Positions 1 through 7,781 of a DNA stretch of 14,782 nucleotides are shown piece after piece. The stretch is from Candidatus Eiseniibacteriota bacterium (GTDB lineage Bacteria; Eisenbacteria; RBG-16-71-46; SZUA-252). The notes beneath the pieces are model-generated. The model was not told the DNA's origin. It did not search any database and worked only from the letters and a program-made list of their open reading frames with translations. The stretch covers positions 1 to 14,782 of the forward strand of contig JANMQV010000004.1 of NCBI GenBank assembly GCA_031370645.1, read 5' to 3'. A program made the position numbers and the translations under genes. Positions within the stretch are counted from its first letter, which is position 1; every line of letters starts with the position of its first letter.

Positions 1-1
1 G

Positions 2-1756
2 TTCACGATCCGGCGCCAGCTCCTCGGCAGCGCGCTTCTTGCGCTCGCGGGGTTCGTCCTCTTCGGTCTCGTGGCGTTCGCCACGCTGAACGAACTGAAG
101 ATCAACGGGCCGCGTTATCTCCGCATCATCCAGGGGAAGGACCTGGTGGCCGACCTCGTGCCGCAGCCGGTCACGCTGGTTGAGTCGTACCTGGCCGTCC
201 ACCAGATGCTGGGCGAGACCGATCGCCGCCGGCTGGACGAGCTGATCCGCGATTCGCAGGAACTTCGCGCCGAGTTCGAGGCGCGCCATCAGTACTGGGA
301 GAAGATGCTCCCGGCCGGCGCTCTGAAGACGGCGCTCCACGACCGCGCGTACCCGCCCGCGTCGGACTTCCTCCGCGTCGTGGAGAACGAGTTCATTCCC
401 GCGGTGCGCCGCGGCGACCAGGATGGCGCGCGTCTCATCGCCGACGGTTCGCTGAAGCCGCTCTACGAGCAGCACATGAAAGTAGTGCTCGAGATGGTGC
501 AGCTCGCGACGCAGCAGACGACGCAGGAGGAGAAGGCGGCGCTCGCCATCGCGCGTCAGCGTTCGGCGCTCGTGCCGCTCCTCGGCCTCGTGCTCGCCGG
601 CGTCACGCTTACGATCGGGCTCGTCCTCTCGCGGCGCATCGTCCGCGCCATCGAGCAACTTCGCCGCGTGGCGGAGCGGACGGCGGGCGGCGATCTGACC
701 TGCCGCGTGCCCTATACGGGAAACGATGAGCTCGGGCAGCTCGCCTCCTCCACGAACCAAATGGTCGACTCGCTCCGCGGCGTCCTCTCCCATATCGGGG
801 ACCGCGCCGTGACGCTCGCGACCGCTTCCGAGGAACTTTCGTCCGTCTCGACGCAGATGATCGGAAGCGCGGAGGAGACTTCTCGCCAGGCGAATGTGGT
901 TTCCTCCGGATCCGAACAGATCAGCCGAAGCGTGGAAAGTGTCTCCGTCTCCGTGGAGGAGATGATCGCGAGCATTCAGGAGATCTCGAAAAACACGGGC
1001 GAGGCGGCGAGGGTCGCCACCGTGGCCGCCGGCGAGGCGAGTATCACGAACGCCGCCGTGAACAAGCTCGGCGCGAGCAGTGGGGAGATCGGGAAGGTCG
1101 TGCAGGTGATCAATACGATCGCGCAACAGACGAACCTTCTCGCCTTGAACGCCACCATCGAGGCGGCGCGCGCCGGCGAGGCCGGCAAGGGATTCGCGGT
1201 CGTGGCGAACGAAGTGAAGGAACTCGCGAACGAGACGGCCGCCGCCACGAAGGACATTAGCCGGAAGATCGAGGCGATTCAGGCCGACACGCTCGACGCC
1301 ATCCAGGCGATCGGGAAGATCAGCGAAACGATTCAGCAGATCAAGGACATCTCGAACTCGATCGCGACGGCGCTGGAGCAGCAGTTGGCCACGTCGGGCG
1401 AGATCGGACGCAATCTTACCGAGGCGGCGCGAGGGAGCGGCGAGATCAGCGCCGGCATCGTGAAGGTGGCCGAGATCGCGCGCGACACCGCCGGCAGCAG
1501 CGAGAACACGCAGCGCGCGGCCGAGGAATTGGCCCGCCTGGCCGCGGAACTTCGGGGGCTGACGCAGCGCTTCCGAATCTCGAACGACGGATCGCCCGAA
1601 GAGGGCGACGCTTCGCTCCTGGCGGCGCGGGCGTCGCACGCCGCACCCGCTACGGTGGTCGCGATGGAAGCGGCGAGAGCGGCGCAGGCCGCGCGGGTGG
1701 CGCGCGGCGAAGGACGCCGGGGCGACGACGTCATGCCATTCGCGAACGCGGGTTAA
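2..1756 (+). CDS. Methyl-accepting chemotaxis protein (TM1, helical extracytoplasmic sensor, TM2, HAMP, signalling domain); 5' end lies outside the window
   Basis: The frame is open from nt 2 ([24 protein letters not shown] = TM1), so GTG 71 is not the true start. TM2 is [20 protein letters not shown]. The HAMP segment is ...[27 protein letters not shown]. The canonical tip motif is [37 protein letters not shown]. Confidence 0.96.
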   Translation, partial: FTIRRQLLGSALLALAGFVLFGLVAFATLNELKINGPRYLRIIQGKDLVADLVPQPVTLVESYLAVHQMLGETDRRRLDELIRDSQELRAEFEARHQYWEKMLPAGALKTALHDRAYPPASDFLRVVENEFIPAVRRGDQDGARLIADGSLKPLYEQHMKVVLEMVQLATQQTTQEEKAALAIARQRSALVPLLGLVLAGVTLTIGLVLSRRIVRAIEQLRRVAERTAGGDLTCRVPYTGNDELGQLASSTNQMVDSLRGVLSHIGDRAVTLATASEELSSVSTQMIGSAEETSRQANVVSSGSEQISRSVESVSVSVEEMIASIQEISKNTGEAARVATVAAGEASITNAAVNKLGASSGEIGKVVQVINTIAQQTNLLALNATIEAARAGEAGKGFAVVANEVKELANETAAATKDISRKIEAIQADTLDAIQAIGKISETIQQIKDISNSIATALEQQLATSGEIGRNLTEAARGSGEISAGIVKVAEIARDTAGSSENTQRAAEELARLAAELRGLTQRFRISNDGSPEEGDASLLAARASHAAPATVVAMEAARAAQAARVARGEGRRGDDVMPFANAG

Positions 1757-1823
1757 CGATGAAGACTCTTGTCCCCAACGAACGGCGCGGACCGCGCGGA
1801 CCGAAACACGGAGGAAATCGATA

Positions 1824-2207
1824 ATGAAGGCCCTCGTAGTCGACGACTCGCGCTCCATGCGAGCGATTCTCTCGAAGCAGCTCCGAGAACTCGGATTCAC
1901 GGTCGTGGAGGCCCCCGGTGGAACGGAGGCGCTTCGGTCTCTGGATCAGGAGGGGCCGTTCGACATCGTCCTCCTGGATTGGAACATGCCGGAAATGGAC
2001 GGGCACGAAGTGCTGACGCTCATCCGGGCGCAGGAGGCGTACAAGGAAGTCCGCGTCATGATGGTGACGACCGAGAGCGAAATGTCTCAGGTCTCCGTCA
2101 CGCTCGAAGCGGGCGCCAACGAGTACCTCATGAAACCTTTCGACCGTGATGCCCTCGTGGAGAAGCTGGTGCTCCTGGGGCTCGACCCGAGCGGCCACAC
2201 GCTGTAA
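1824..2207 (+). CDS. cheY: Single-domain response regulator CheY
   Basis: 127-aa receiver domain with LVVDD, phosphoacceptor LLDWNMP, MMVTT and YLMKPF. A GGAGG RBS lies upstream, and the gene sits between an MCP and cheB. Confidence 0.93.
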   Translation: MKALVVDDSRSMRAILSKQLRELGFTVVEAPGGTEALRSLDQEGPFDIVLLDWNMPEMDGHEVLTLIRAQEAYKEVRVMMVTTESEMSQVSVTLEAGANEYLMKPFDRDALVEKLVLLGLDPSGHTL

Positions 2208-3313
2208 TGGGAGAAGTCATGCGCCGGATTCGCGTGATGGTGGTGGACGACGTCTCCATCGTTCGGAGGCTCGTGACGAACGCGCTCGGCGCCGACCCCG
2301 ACATCGAAGTCGTCGGAGCGGCGGCCAATGGGCGTGAAGCGCTGGAGAAGATTCCGGTCGTGAAGCCCGACCTGGTCATTCTCGATTACGAAATGCCGGA
2401 AATGGACGGCATGGAGACGCTGAAGGAGATCCGGAAGAAGCCGGGCGGCCCGAAGGTGATCTTTTTTTCGTCGTATACGCGGCAGGGCGCGAAGGTCTCG
2501 CTCGACGCGCTCTGGCAGGGAGCGGACGACTACGCGACGAAGGTGACGGCCGACAATCTGGCCGCGGCGACGCTTTGCGTGCAGTCGGAACTCCTTCCGA
2601 AGATCAAGGCGCTCTGCGAGAGCATGGCCGCTCCGCGGAGTCAGGCGCCGGCACCGGTCGCGCTCCCCGCCGCGCCGCCGGCGTCTCCGGCGACGTCCGG
2701 ATCGGGCCTCCACCGCGCCGAAATCCTGGCGATCGGAGCCTCGACGGGCGGCCCTCGCGCGCTCTCGGCCGTGATCGAAGCGTTGCCCGCCGAATTTTCA
2801 ATTCCGATCGTGGTGGTGCAGCACATGCCGCCCCTCTTCACCCGTTCGCTCGCCGAGCGGATCGCCTCCCGGTCGGCGCTTCGTTGCGCCGAAGGCGTGG
2901 ACGGCGCGTTGGTCGAACCGGGTACGGTTTGGATCGCTCCCGGCAACTGGCATATGTCGCTTCAGCGGGAGGGCGCCGACACGCGGCTTCGCCTCACGGC
3001 CGATCCTCCGGAGAACTCCTGCCGGCCATCGGTCGATCCCCTCTTCCGTTCGGTGGCCGAACTTTACGGCGCCGGAGCGCTCGGCGTGATCTTGACCGGC
3101 ATGGGGCAGGACGGGCTCCTCGGCGCGCGGAGTCTCCACGAGCGCCAGGGGAAAATCATCGTGCAGGACGAGGCGACGAGCGTGGTCTGGGGGATGCCAG
3201 GTGCGGTCGCCCGAGCGGGGCTCGCGAATCGAATCGTGCCGCTTCATGAAATGGCCGGAGAAATCCTCAAGCACGTGAGCGCCGCAGGCAGGCGCCGCGC
3301 CACCGTCGCCTAA
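2207..3313 (+). CDS. cheB: Chemotaxis response regulator / methylesterase CheB
   Basis: N-terminal REC (VVDD, ILDYEMP) and a Pro/Ala linker. Catalytic motifs GASTGG (Ser), VQHMP (His), CRPSVD and LTGMGQDG (Asp) are present, followed by QDEATSVVWGMP. The start overlaps the cheY stop (TAATG); ATG 2219, preceded by GGGAG, is an alternative start. Confidence 0.97.
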   Translation: MGEVMRRIRVMVVDDVSIVRRLVTNALGADPDIEVVGAAANGREALEKIPVVKPDLVILDYEMPEMDGMETLKEIRKKPGGPKVIFFSSYTRQGAKVSLDALWQGADDYATKVTADNLAAATLCVQSELLPKIKALCESMAAPRSQAPAPVALPAAPPASPATSGSGLHRAEILAIGASTGGPRALSAVIEALPAEFSIPIVVVQHMPPLFTRSLAERIASRSALRCAEGVDGALVEPGTVWIAPGNWHMSLQREGADTRLRLTADPPENSCRPSVDPLFRSVAELYGAGALGVILTGMGQDGLLGARSLHERQGKIIVQDEATSVVWGMPGAVARAGLANRIVPLHEMAGEILKHVSAAGRRRATVA

Positions 3314-3335
3314 CGCGAGGACCGACACGGACCCC

Positions 3336-4232
3336 ATGGATTCCATCGGTATTCCTTCCACCGCCGAAGTTTTGGATCCGGGCGGTTACGCCTATTTGCA
3401 GCGACTCCTCCTCGAACGGACCGGCATCGTGCTCGAGCCCGGGAAGGAGTACTTGGCAGAGGCGCGGCTTCACGCCCTCATGAAGTCGGAGGGATTCGGA
3501 AGCATTTCCGCGCTCCTCGAAGCACTGCAGATGGACGAGCGGAGGGGCCCGCTCCATCGCCGCGCGATCGAAGCGATGCTGAACGGGGAGACTTCGTTCT
3601 TCCGAGACCACTACCCGTTCGAAGCGCTTCGAACCACGATCCTCCCCGAGCTGATGGCGGCCCGGGCGGGGTCGAAATCGCTGAACATCTGGTGCGGAGC
3701 CGCATCGAGCGGGCAGGAAGCCTACAGCGTCGCCATGCTTTTCCTGGAACACGTTCCAGCGCTCCGGGACTGGAGGGTTCGCATCACGGCGACCGACCTT
3801 TCGGAGGGGAGCCTCCAGCGGGCCCGCGACGGCGTGTACCGGCAGATCGAGGTGAATCGCGGGCTCCCGGCGCCCTATCTGGTGAAGTACTTCGAGCGCT
3901 CGGGAGAAGAGTGGCGGGTGAAGGCGCGGGTCCGGGAAATGGTCGAATTCAGCCACATGAACCTGATCGAACCGTGGCCCAATTTTCCTCGGCCCGACGT
4001 AATTCTCCTGCGAAACGTACTCCTCTACTTCAGTTCCGAGGCGCGGAAGTCGATATTGCAGAACGTAGTGAGAACGCTTCGCTCCGACGGATATTTTTTC
4101 CTAGGGGGCGGAGAGACGATGCTGGCGCTCGATCGCACCTTCGAATCGGTGCGACTCGGAAAGGCCATCTGCTATCGGATCCGCGGCGATCACCCGATCG
4201 GCGCGCCGAAACCGGAGAACACGGCTCGATGA
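3336..4232 (+). CDS. cheR: Chemotaxis protein-glutamate methyltransferase CheR
   Basis: Motifs NGETSFFRD, IWCGAASSGQEAYS, ITATDLS, ILLRNVLLYF and GYFFLGGGE match CheR. Confidence 0.97.
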   Translation: MDSIGIPSTAEVLDPGGYAYLQRLLLERTGIVLEPGKEYLAEARLHALMKSEGFGSISALLEALQMDERRGPLHRRAIEAMLNGETSFFRDHYPFEALRTTILPELMAARAGSKSLNIWCGAASSGQEAYSVAMLFLEHVPALRDWRVRITATDLSEGSLQRARDGVYRQIEVNRGLPAPYLVKYFERSGEEWRVKARVREMVEFSHMNLIEPWPNFPRPDVILLRNVLLYFSSEARKSILQNVVRTLRSDGYFFLGGGETMLALDRTFESVRLGKAICYRIRGDHPIGAPKPENTAR

Positions 4233-4711
4233 GCACGACGACGATCGATCTCCAGGAGTGGCTCGATTCGCTGACCGAGATCGCGAAGCACTACGCCGCC
4301 AACCACCTTCGTTTCGACCGTAACGCCTCGCCGCCGAACCCCGCGGCTCCCAGTGCGCCCCGCCCCGCCGTTTACGTCTCGATTCTCGGCGCGCGGAGCA
4401 GCATGCACCTCGGGATCGCGACGACGCCGGAGGGAGCGCGCGCCCTCGCTCGCGCGTTCCTGGGCATGCGCGGTCCGGAAGAGCTCGCCGATCGCGACGT
4501 TGTGGATGGATTCAGCGAGATCCTCAACATCCTCGCGGGGAAAGTGAAGTCGCGGATGACGGCGCGGGACGCGTCGCTCAAGTTGGGGCTCCCGATGTAC
4601 GTCTCCGGTTCCGTGGGGCACGGCGACGGTACCGAGAAGGCGACCGCCGACGTGATGATGGGTCCGATTCCTTGCCAGATTCAGGTTTTCCGCCAGAGTC
4701 GTTCCGCGTAG
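4229..4711 (+). CDS. cheX: CheX-family CheY-P phosphatase (160 aa)
   Basis: The true start is ATG 4229, overlapping the cheR stop (ATGA); the 339-aa ORF-track version is over-extended. It carries the CheC/CheX motif DGFSEILNILAG (E-x-x-N) followed by LKLGLPMYVSG. Confidence 0.85.
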   Translation: MSTTTIDLQEWLDSLTEIAKHYAANHLRFDRNASPPNPAAPSAPRPAVYVSILGARSSMHLGIATTPEGARALARAFLGMRGPEELADRDVVDGFSEILNILAGKVKSRMTARDASLKLGLPMYVSGSVGHGDGTEKATADVMMGPIPCQIQVFRQSRSA

Positions 4712-4722
4712 GGAGACGCCCG

Positions 4723-6129
4723 ATGAACGCGACCGCACCGCTCGAACACCAGCGCGTATCGGCCACCTGGCTGGCCGGCCTTCTCGCGCTCGCCCTGGCC
4801 GCAATGATTCTCGGCAGGGCCGAACCCGCGCGCGCCGCCGCGAGCCGCGGAACGACGACGCTCACGGGCGTGGTCCCGGGCGAGACGTTCGGCTGCTCTG
4901 TTTCCTCGGCCGGCGACGTGAACGGCGACACCTTCGTCGATGTCATCGTCGGGGCGTACCAGAGCGGAACCGCCGCGAATCCCTCGGGGCGCGCCTACAT
5001 CTACTTCGGCGGACCGCGCGCCGACGAACGGGTCGATGTGGTCCTTTCCGGCGAGGCCGCGGGAGACGCCTTCGGGGTCAGCGTCGCGTCGGCCGGCGAC
5101 GTGAATCATGACGGGTTCGCCGACGTCATCGTGGGCGCCTATGAAAACGACGCGCGCGGAGCGAACGCGGGGCGGGCTTACATCTATTTCGGCGGTGCTT
5201 CGATGGACGACAAGCCCGATGTGGTCCTCACCGGCGAGATGCCGGGCGACGCCTTCGGCTACGCCGTCGCGGGCGCGGGCGACGTGAACCGGGACGGCTA
5301 TTCCGATGTGATCGTCGGCGCGTACGAGAACAGCGCGCGCGGCGCCGGCGCGGGACGCGCCTACGTCTACTACGGCGGTCAGCGCCCCGACCCGGTGGCC
5401 GACGCGATCTTGAACGGCGAAACCGCCGGCGATCGCTTCGGGATCTCGGTCGCCGGCGCGGGCGACGTGAATGGCGACGGATTGGCCGACATCCTGGTCG
5501 GTGCGTATCAAAACGACGCCGGCGGCGTCGACGCGGGGCGCGCCTACCTCTATCTCGGGAGCGCTCGCATCCTCGATCGGGCCGCCACCGTGCTCACCGG
5601 AGCGGAAGCGGGGGACTCGTTTGGATTCGCGGTCTCCACGGCCGGCGACGTGAACAAGGATGGACTGGCCGATATCGTGGTCGGCGCCTACCACAACGGG
5701 GCCGGCGGCAAGGACGCGGGGCGTGCCTACGTCTACTTTGGGGGCAAGTCGGTCTCTCCCGCGCCCGACGTGGTCTTCACCGGCGAGGCGGCGGGCGACG
5801 CGTTTGGTTACGCGGTCGGCTCGGCCGGCGATGCGAACGGAGACGGCTACGCGGACATCCTGATCGGCGCGTACGGAAACGACGCGGGTGGCTCGGCGGC
5901 GGGCCGTGCGTACGTTTACTACGGCGCGCCTACTCCTGATCCGGTGGCGGACTGGTTCCTTACGGGGTTTCAGACGTTGGATAATCTCGGGTTTGCCGTA
6001 TTCGGGGCTGGCGATGTCGATGGCGACGGGTTCGCCGACGTTGTTGTCGGTGCTCCCTATTCGGATGCTGGGCGTGCCTACATTGCCAAGACTGTCGGTG
6101 GGAAGAATCGGCCTGTCGTTACTCGGTAG
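4723..6129 (+). CDS. Secreted FG-GAP repeat protein, integrin-alpha-like seven-bladed beta-propeller (468 aa)
   Basis: ATG 4723 follows GGGAG. A hydrophobic signal peptide (WLAGLLALALAAMILG...ARAAA) precedes seven repeats of FG-x-x-V-x-x-AGD(V/A)(N/D)xDx(F/Y/L)xD-x-x-VGA...GRAY, each with a DxDxDG-type Ca2+-binding loop. Confidence 0.93.
   Translation: MNATAPLEHQRVSATWLAGLLALALAAMILGRAEPARAAASRGTTTLTGVVPGETFGCSVSSAGDVNGDTFVDVIVGAYQSGTAANPSGRAYIYFGGPRADERVDVVLSGEAAGDAFGVSVASAGDVNHDGFADVIVGAYENDARGANAGRAYIYFGGASMDDKPDVVLTGEMPGDAFGYAVAGAGDVNRDGYSDVIVGAYENSARGAGAGRAYVYYGGQRPDPVADAILNGETAGDRFGISVAGAGDVNGDGLADILVGAYQNDAGGVDAGRAYLYLGSARILDRAATVLTGAEAGDSFGFAVSTAGDVNKDGLADIVVGAYHNGAGGKDAGRAYVYFGGKSVSPAPDVVFTGEAAGDAFGYAVGSAGDANGDGYADILIGAYGNDAGGSAAGRAYVYYGAPTPDPVADWFLTGFQTLDNLGFAVFGAGDVDGDGFADVVVGAPYSDAGRAYIAKTVGGKNRPVVTR
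4885..6085 (+). repeat. Seven intragenic degenerate tandem repeats of 183 bp (61 codons)
   Basis: The Asp codon of each AGD motif falls at 4915, 5098, 5281, 5464, 5647, 5830 and 6013, an exact 183-nt period. The outer boundaries are approximate. Confidence 0.92.
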
Positions 6130-6131
6130 GA

Positions 6132-7781
6132 CTAAGAAGCAGCCCCCTCCGGAGCCTTCCAGGGGGTCTTGTTCTTGATGACCTCGATCCGCGCTTCCTT
6201 CAAGGCGGGCACGAACACCTCGACGACCTCCGCCGCGAACTGAGACCCAGCCTTCGTGGTCATCTGTTCCATCGCCTGCTCGGCGGTCATGCCGGCGCGA
6301 TAGGGGCGGTCGGTGGTCATGGCGTCGAAGGCGTCCGCTAGGTTCACGATCTTCGCGTGGAGGGAGATCTCGTCGCCCGTCAGGCCGTCGGGATATCCCT
6401 TTCCGTCCACCCGCTCGTGGTGGTGGCGGATCATGTCGATCGCCCTCTCGAGGAATTTGACGCCGCGAACCATTTCCGCGCCGCGGACGGGGTGCGCCTT
6501 CACCAACTTCCACTCCTCCTCCGTCAGCGCGCCCGGCTTGTGGAGAATTTCATCCTGCGTGTGGACCTTCCCGATGTCGTGGAGGAAGGCGCCGAACTGA
6601 ATCGTCTGGACCTCTTCAGCCGGTAGCTCCATCTCGCGCGCGATCGCGACCGAGTAGGCCGCCACGCGCTCGGTGTGTCCGTGCGTGTAGGGATCCTTCT
6701 CTTCGATCCGCGACACGAGGAGGCGTACCGTCGAGACGTAGGCTTCCTGAAGATCGCGGAAGAGTCGCGCGTTCTCGATCGCGATGCCCGCCGACTCGGC
6801 GAGCGAGCGGAGCATCTCGAGATCCGCGGACTGGAACTCCTGTCCGCTCACCTTCTCGCCCACCGCGACGAGGGCGGAGAGGCGGCCCTTCACGATGACC
6901 GGGCAGACGACCGTCAAGCCGGCCGAGAAGAGACGTCCCACGTCCTTCGCGATGCCGGGATCGCGCTCGAGGGAGGCGAGGCGAACCGATCGCTGGTCCT
7001 CGCCGTCGGCGGGCCGAAGCGCGCGCACCAGATCGCTGCCGTAGGAGAGCGCGATGCCCCGCACTTGTTCTTCCTTCAGTCCCTTGAAGGTTGAGACGTC
7101 GAGGCGGGTCGGGTTCTCGCGGTCGTCGGTGAGGAAGAGACAGGCTGAATTGACGCGCAACTGGCCCATGACGCTCAGAATCAGCGTGTTGAGCAGCGGC
7201 TCCAACTCGAGCGAGGCGTTCAGTTGATGCGTGAGCCCCATGAGCGTTTCGAGGCTGTAGACCTGGAAGCGGAGTTCCTTGTTCCGAACCAGCAGGTCTT
7301 CGCGGTTTCGCTGAACTTCGCTCTCGAGTTCCTGATTCTTCGTCGAGAGAACGTCGTGGCGCTCCATCCGCTCGAAGATGCGCCGCACCTTGATCAGGAG
7401 CTCCTTCGGCGAGAAGGGCTTCGTGAGGTAGTCGTCGGCTCCGTGCATGAGGCCCTGGAGCCGCGAATCGACCTCGGCGCTCGCGGAGACCATCACGATC
7501 GGGATGTGCGCGGTCTCGCGCGTGCTCTTCAGCGCGGCGCAGATCTCGAACCCGCTCTTCTTCGGCAACCGGAGGTCGAGGATCACGAGATCGGGCGCCT
7601 CGCGGCGGACGGAATCGAGCGCTTCCTCGCCGGTCATGGCGGTCTGGACGGTGTAGCCGTTCTGCGAAAGCGAAATCTGAAGCAGGTCGACGACGCGGCG
7701 GTCGTCGTCCACGACGAGAATGGTCCGCTTCGAGCGCACGATGTTCGGATCGGTGGCCGGCCGGAGGCTTTCGGTGGTCAC
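6132..7781 (-). CDS. REC-coiled coil-GAF-HD-GYP cyclic dinucleotide phosphodiesterase (RpfG-like response regulator, 549 aa), catalytic motifs intact
   Basis: Probable GTG start at 7781 with GGAG 8 nt upstream, overlapping the upstream stop (GTGA). REC motifs are ILVVDDD, VILDLRLP and DDYLTKPF. The GAF ends ...AGIAIENARLF. HD-GYP motifs are EKDPYTHGHTERVA, LHDIGK, HPVRG, HHHERVDGKGYPDGL and ADAFDAMTTDRPYR. Confidence 0.94.
   Translation of the reverse strand: MTTESLRPATDPNIVRSKRTILVVDDDRRVVDLLQISLSQNGYTVQTAMTGEEALDSVRREAPDLVILDLRLPKKSGFEICAALKSTRETAHIPIVMVSASAEVDSRLQGLMHGADDYLTKPFSPKELLIKVRRIFERMERHDVLSTKNQELESEVQRNREDLLVRNKELRFQVYSLETLMGLTHQLNASLELEPLLNTLILSVMGQLRVNSACLFLTDDRENPTRLDVSTFKGLKEEQVRGIALSYGSDLVRALRPADGEDQRSVRLASLERDPGIAKDVGRLFSAGLTVVCPVIVKGRLSALVAVGEKVSGQEFQSADLEMLRSLAESAGIAIENARLFRDLQEAYVSTVRLLVSRIEEKDPYTHGHTERVAAYSVAIAREMELPAEEVQTIQFGAFLHDIGKVHTQDEILHKPGALTEEEWKLVKAHPVRGAEMVRGVKFLERAIDMIRHHHERVDGKGYPDGLTGDEISLHAKIVNLADAFDAMTTDRPYRAGMTAEQAMEQMTTKAGSQFAAEVVEVFVPALKEARIEVIKNKTPWKAPEGAAS

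Noticed and set aside
1785-1802. 9-bp tandem duplication GCGCGGACC x2
   Set aside because: Short, GC-rich and not associated with any mobile-element signature; probably replication slippage.
3692-4228. N-terminal extension of the cheX ORF
   Set aside because: It lies inside cheR in another frame. ATG 4229 couples to the cheR stop and gives a normal CheX length.
4885-6085. CRISPR array or diversity-generating retroelement template/variable repeat
   Set aside because: The repeats are in-frame 183-bp coding units without spacers. Their differences are not adenine-specific, and no cas or reverse transcriptase gene is present.
4681-6513. 610-aa minus-strand ORF opposite the FG-GAP gene
   Set aside because: Antisense shadow of a GC-rich repetitive gene. 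It is Arg/Gly/Val-rich with no recognisable motif and overlaps two well-supported genes.
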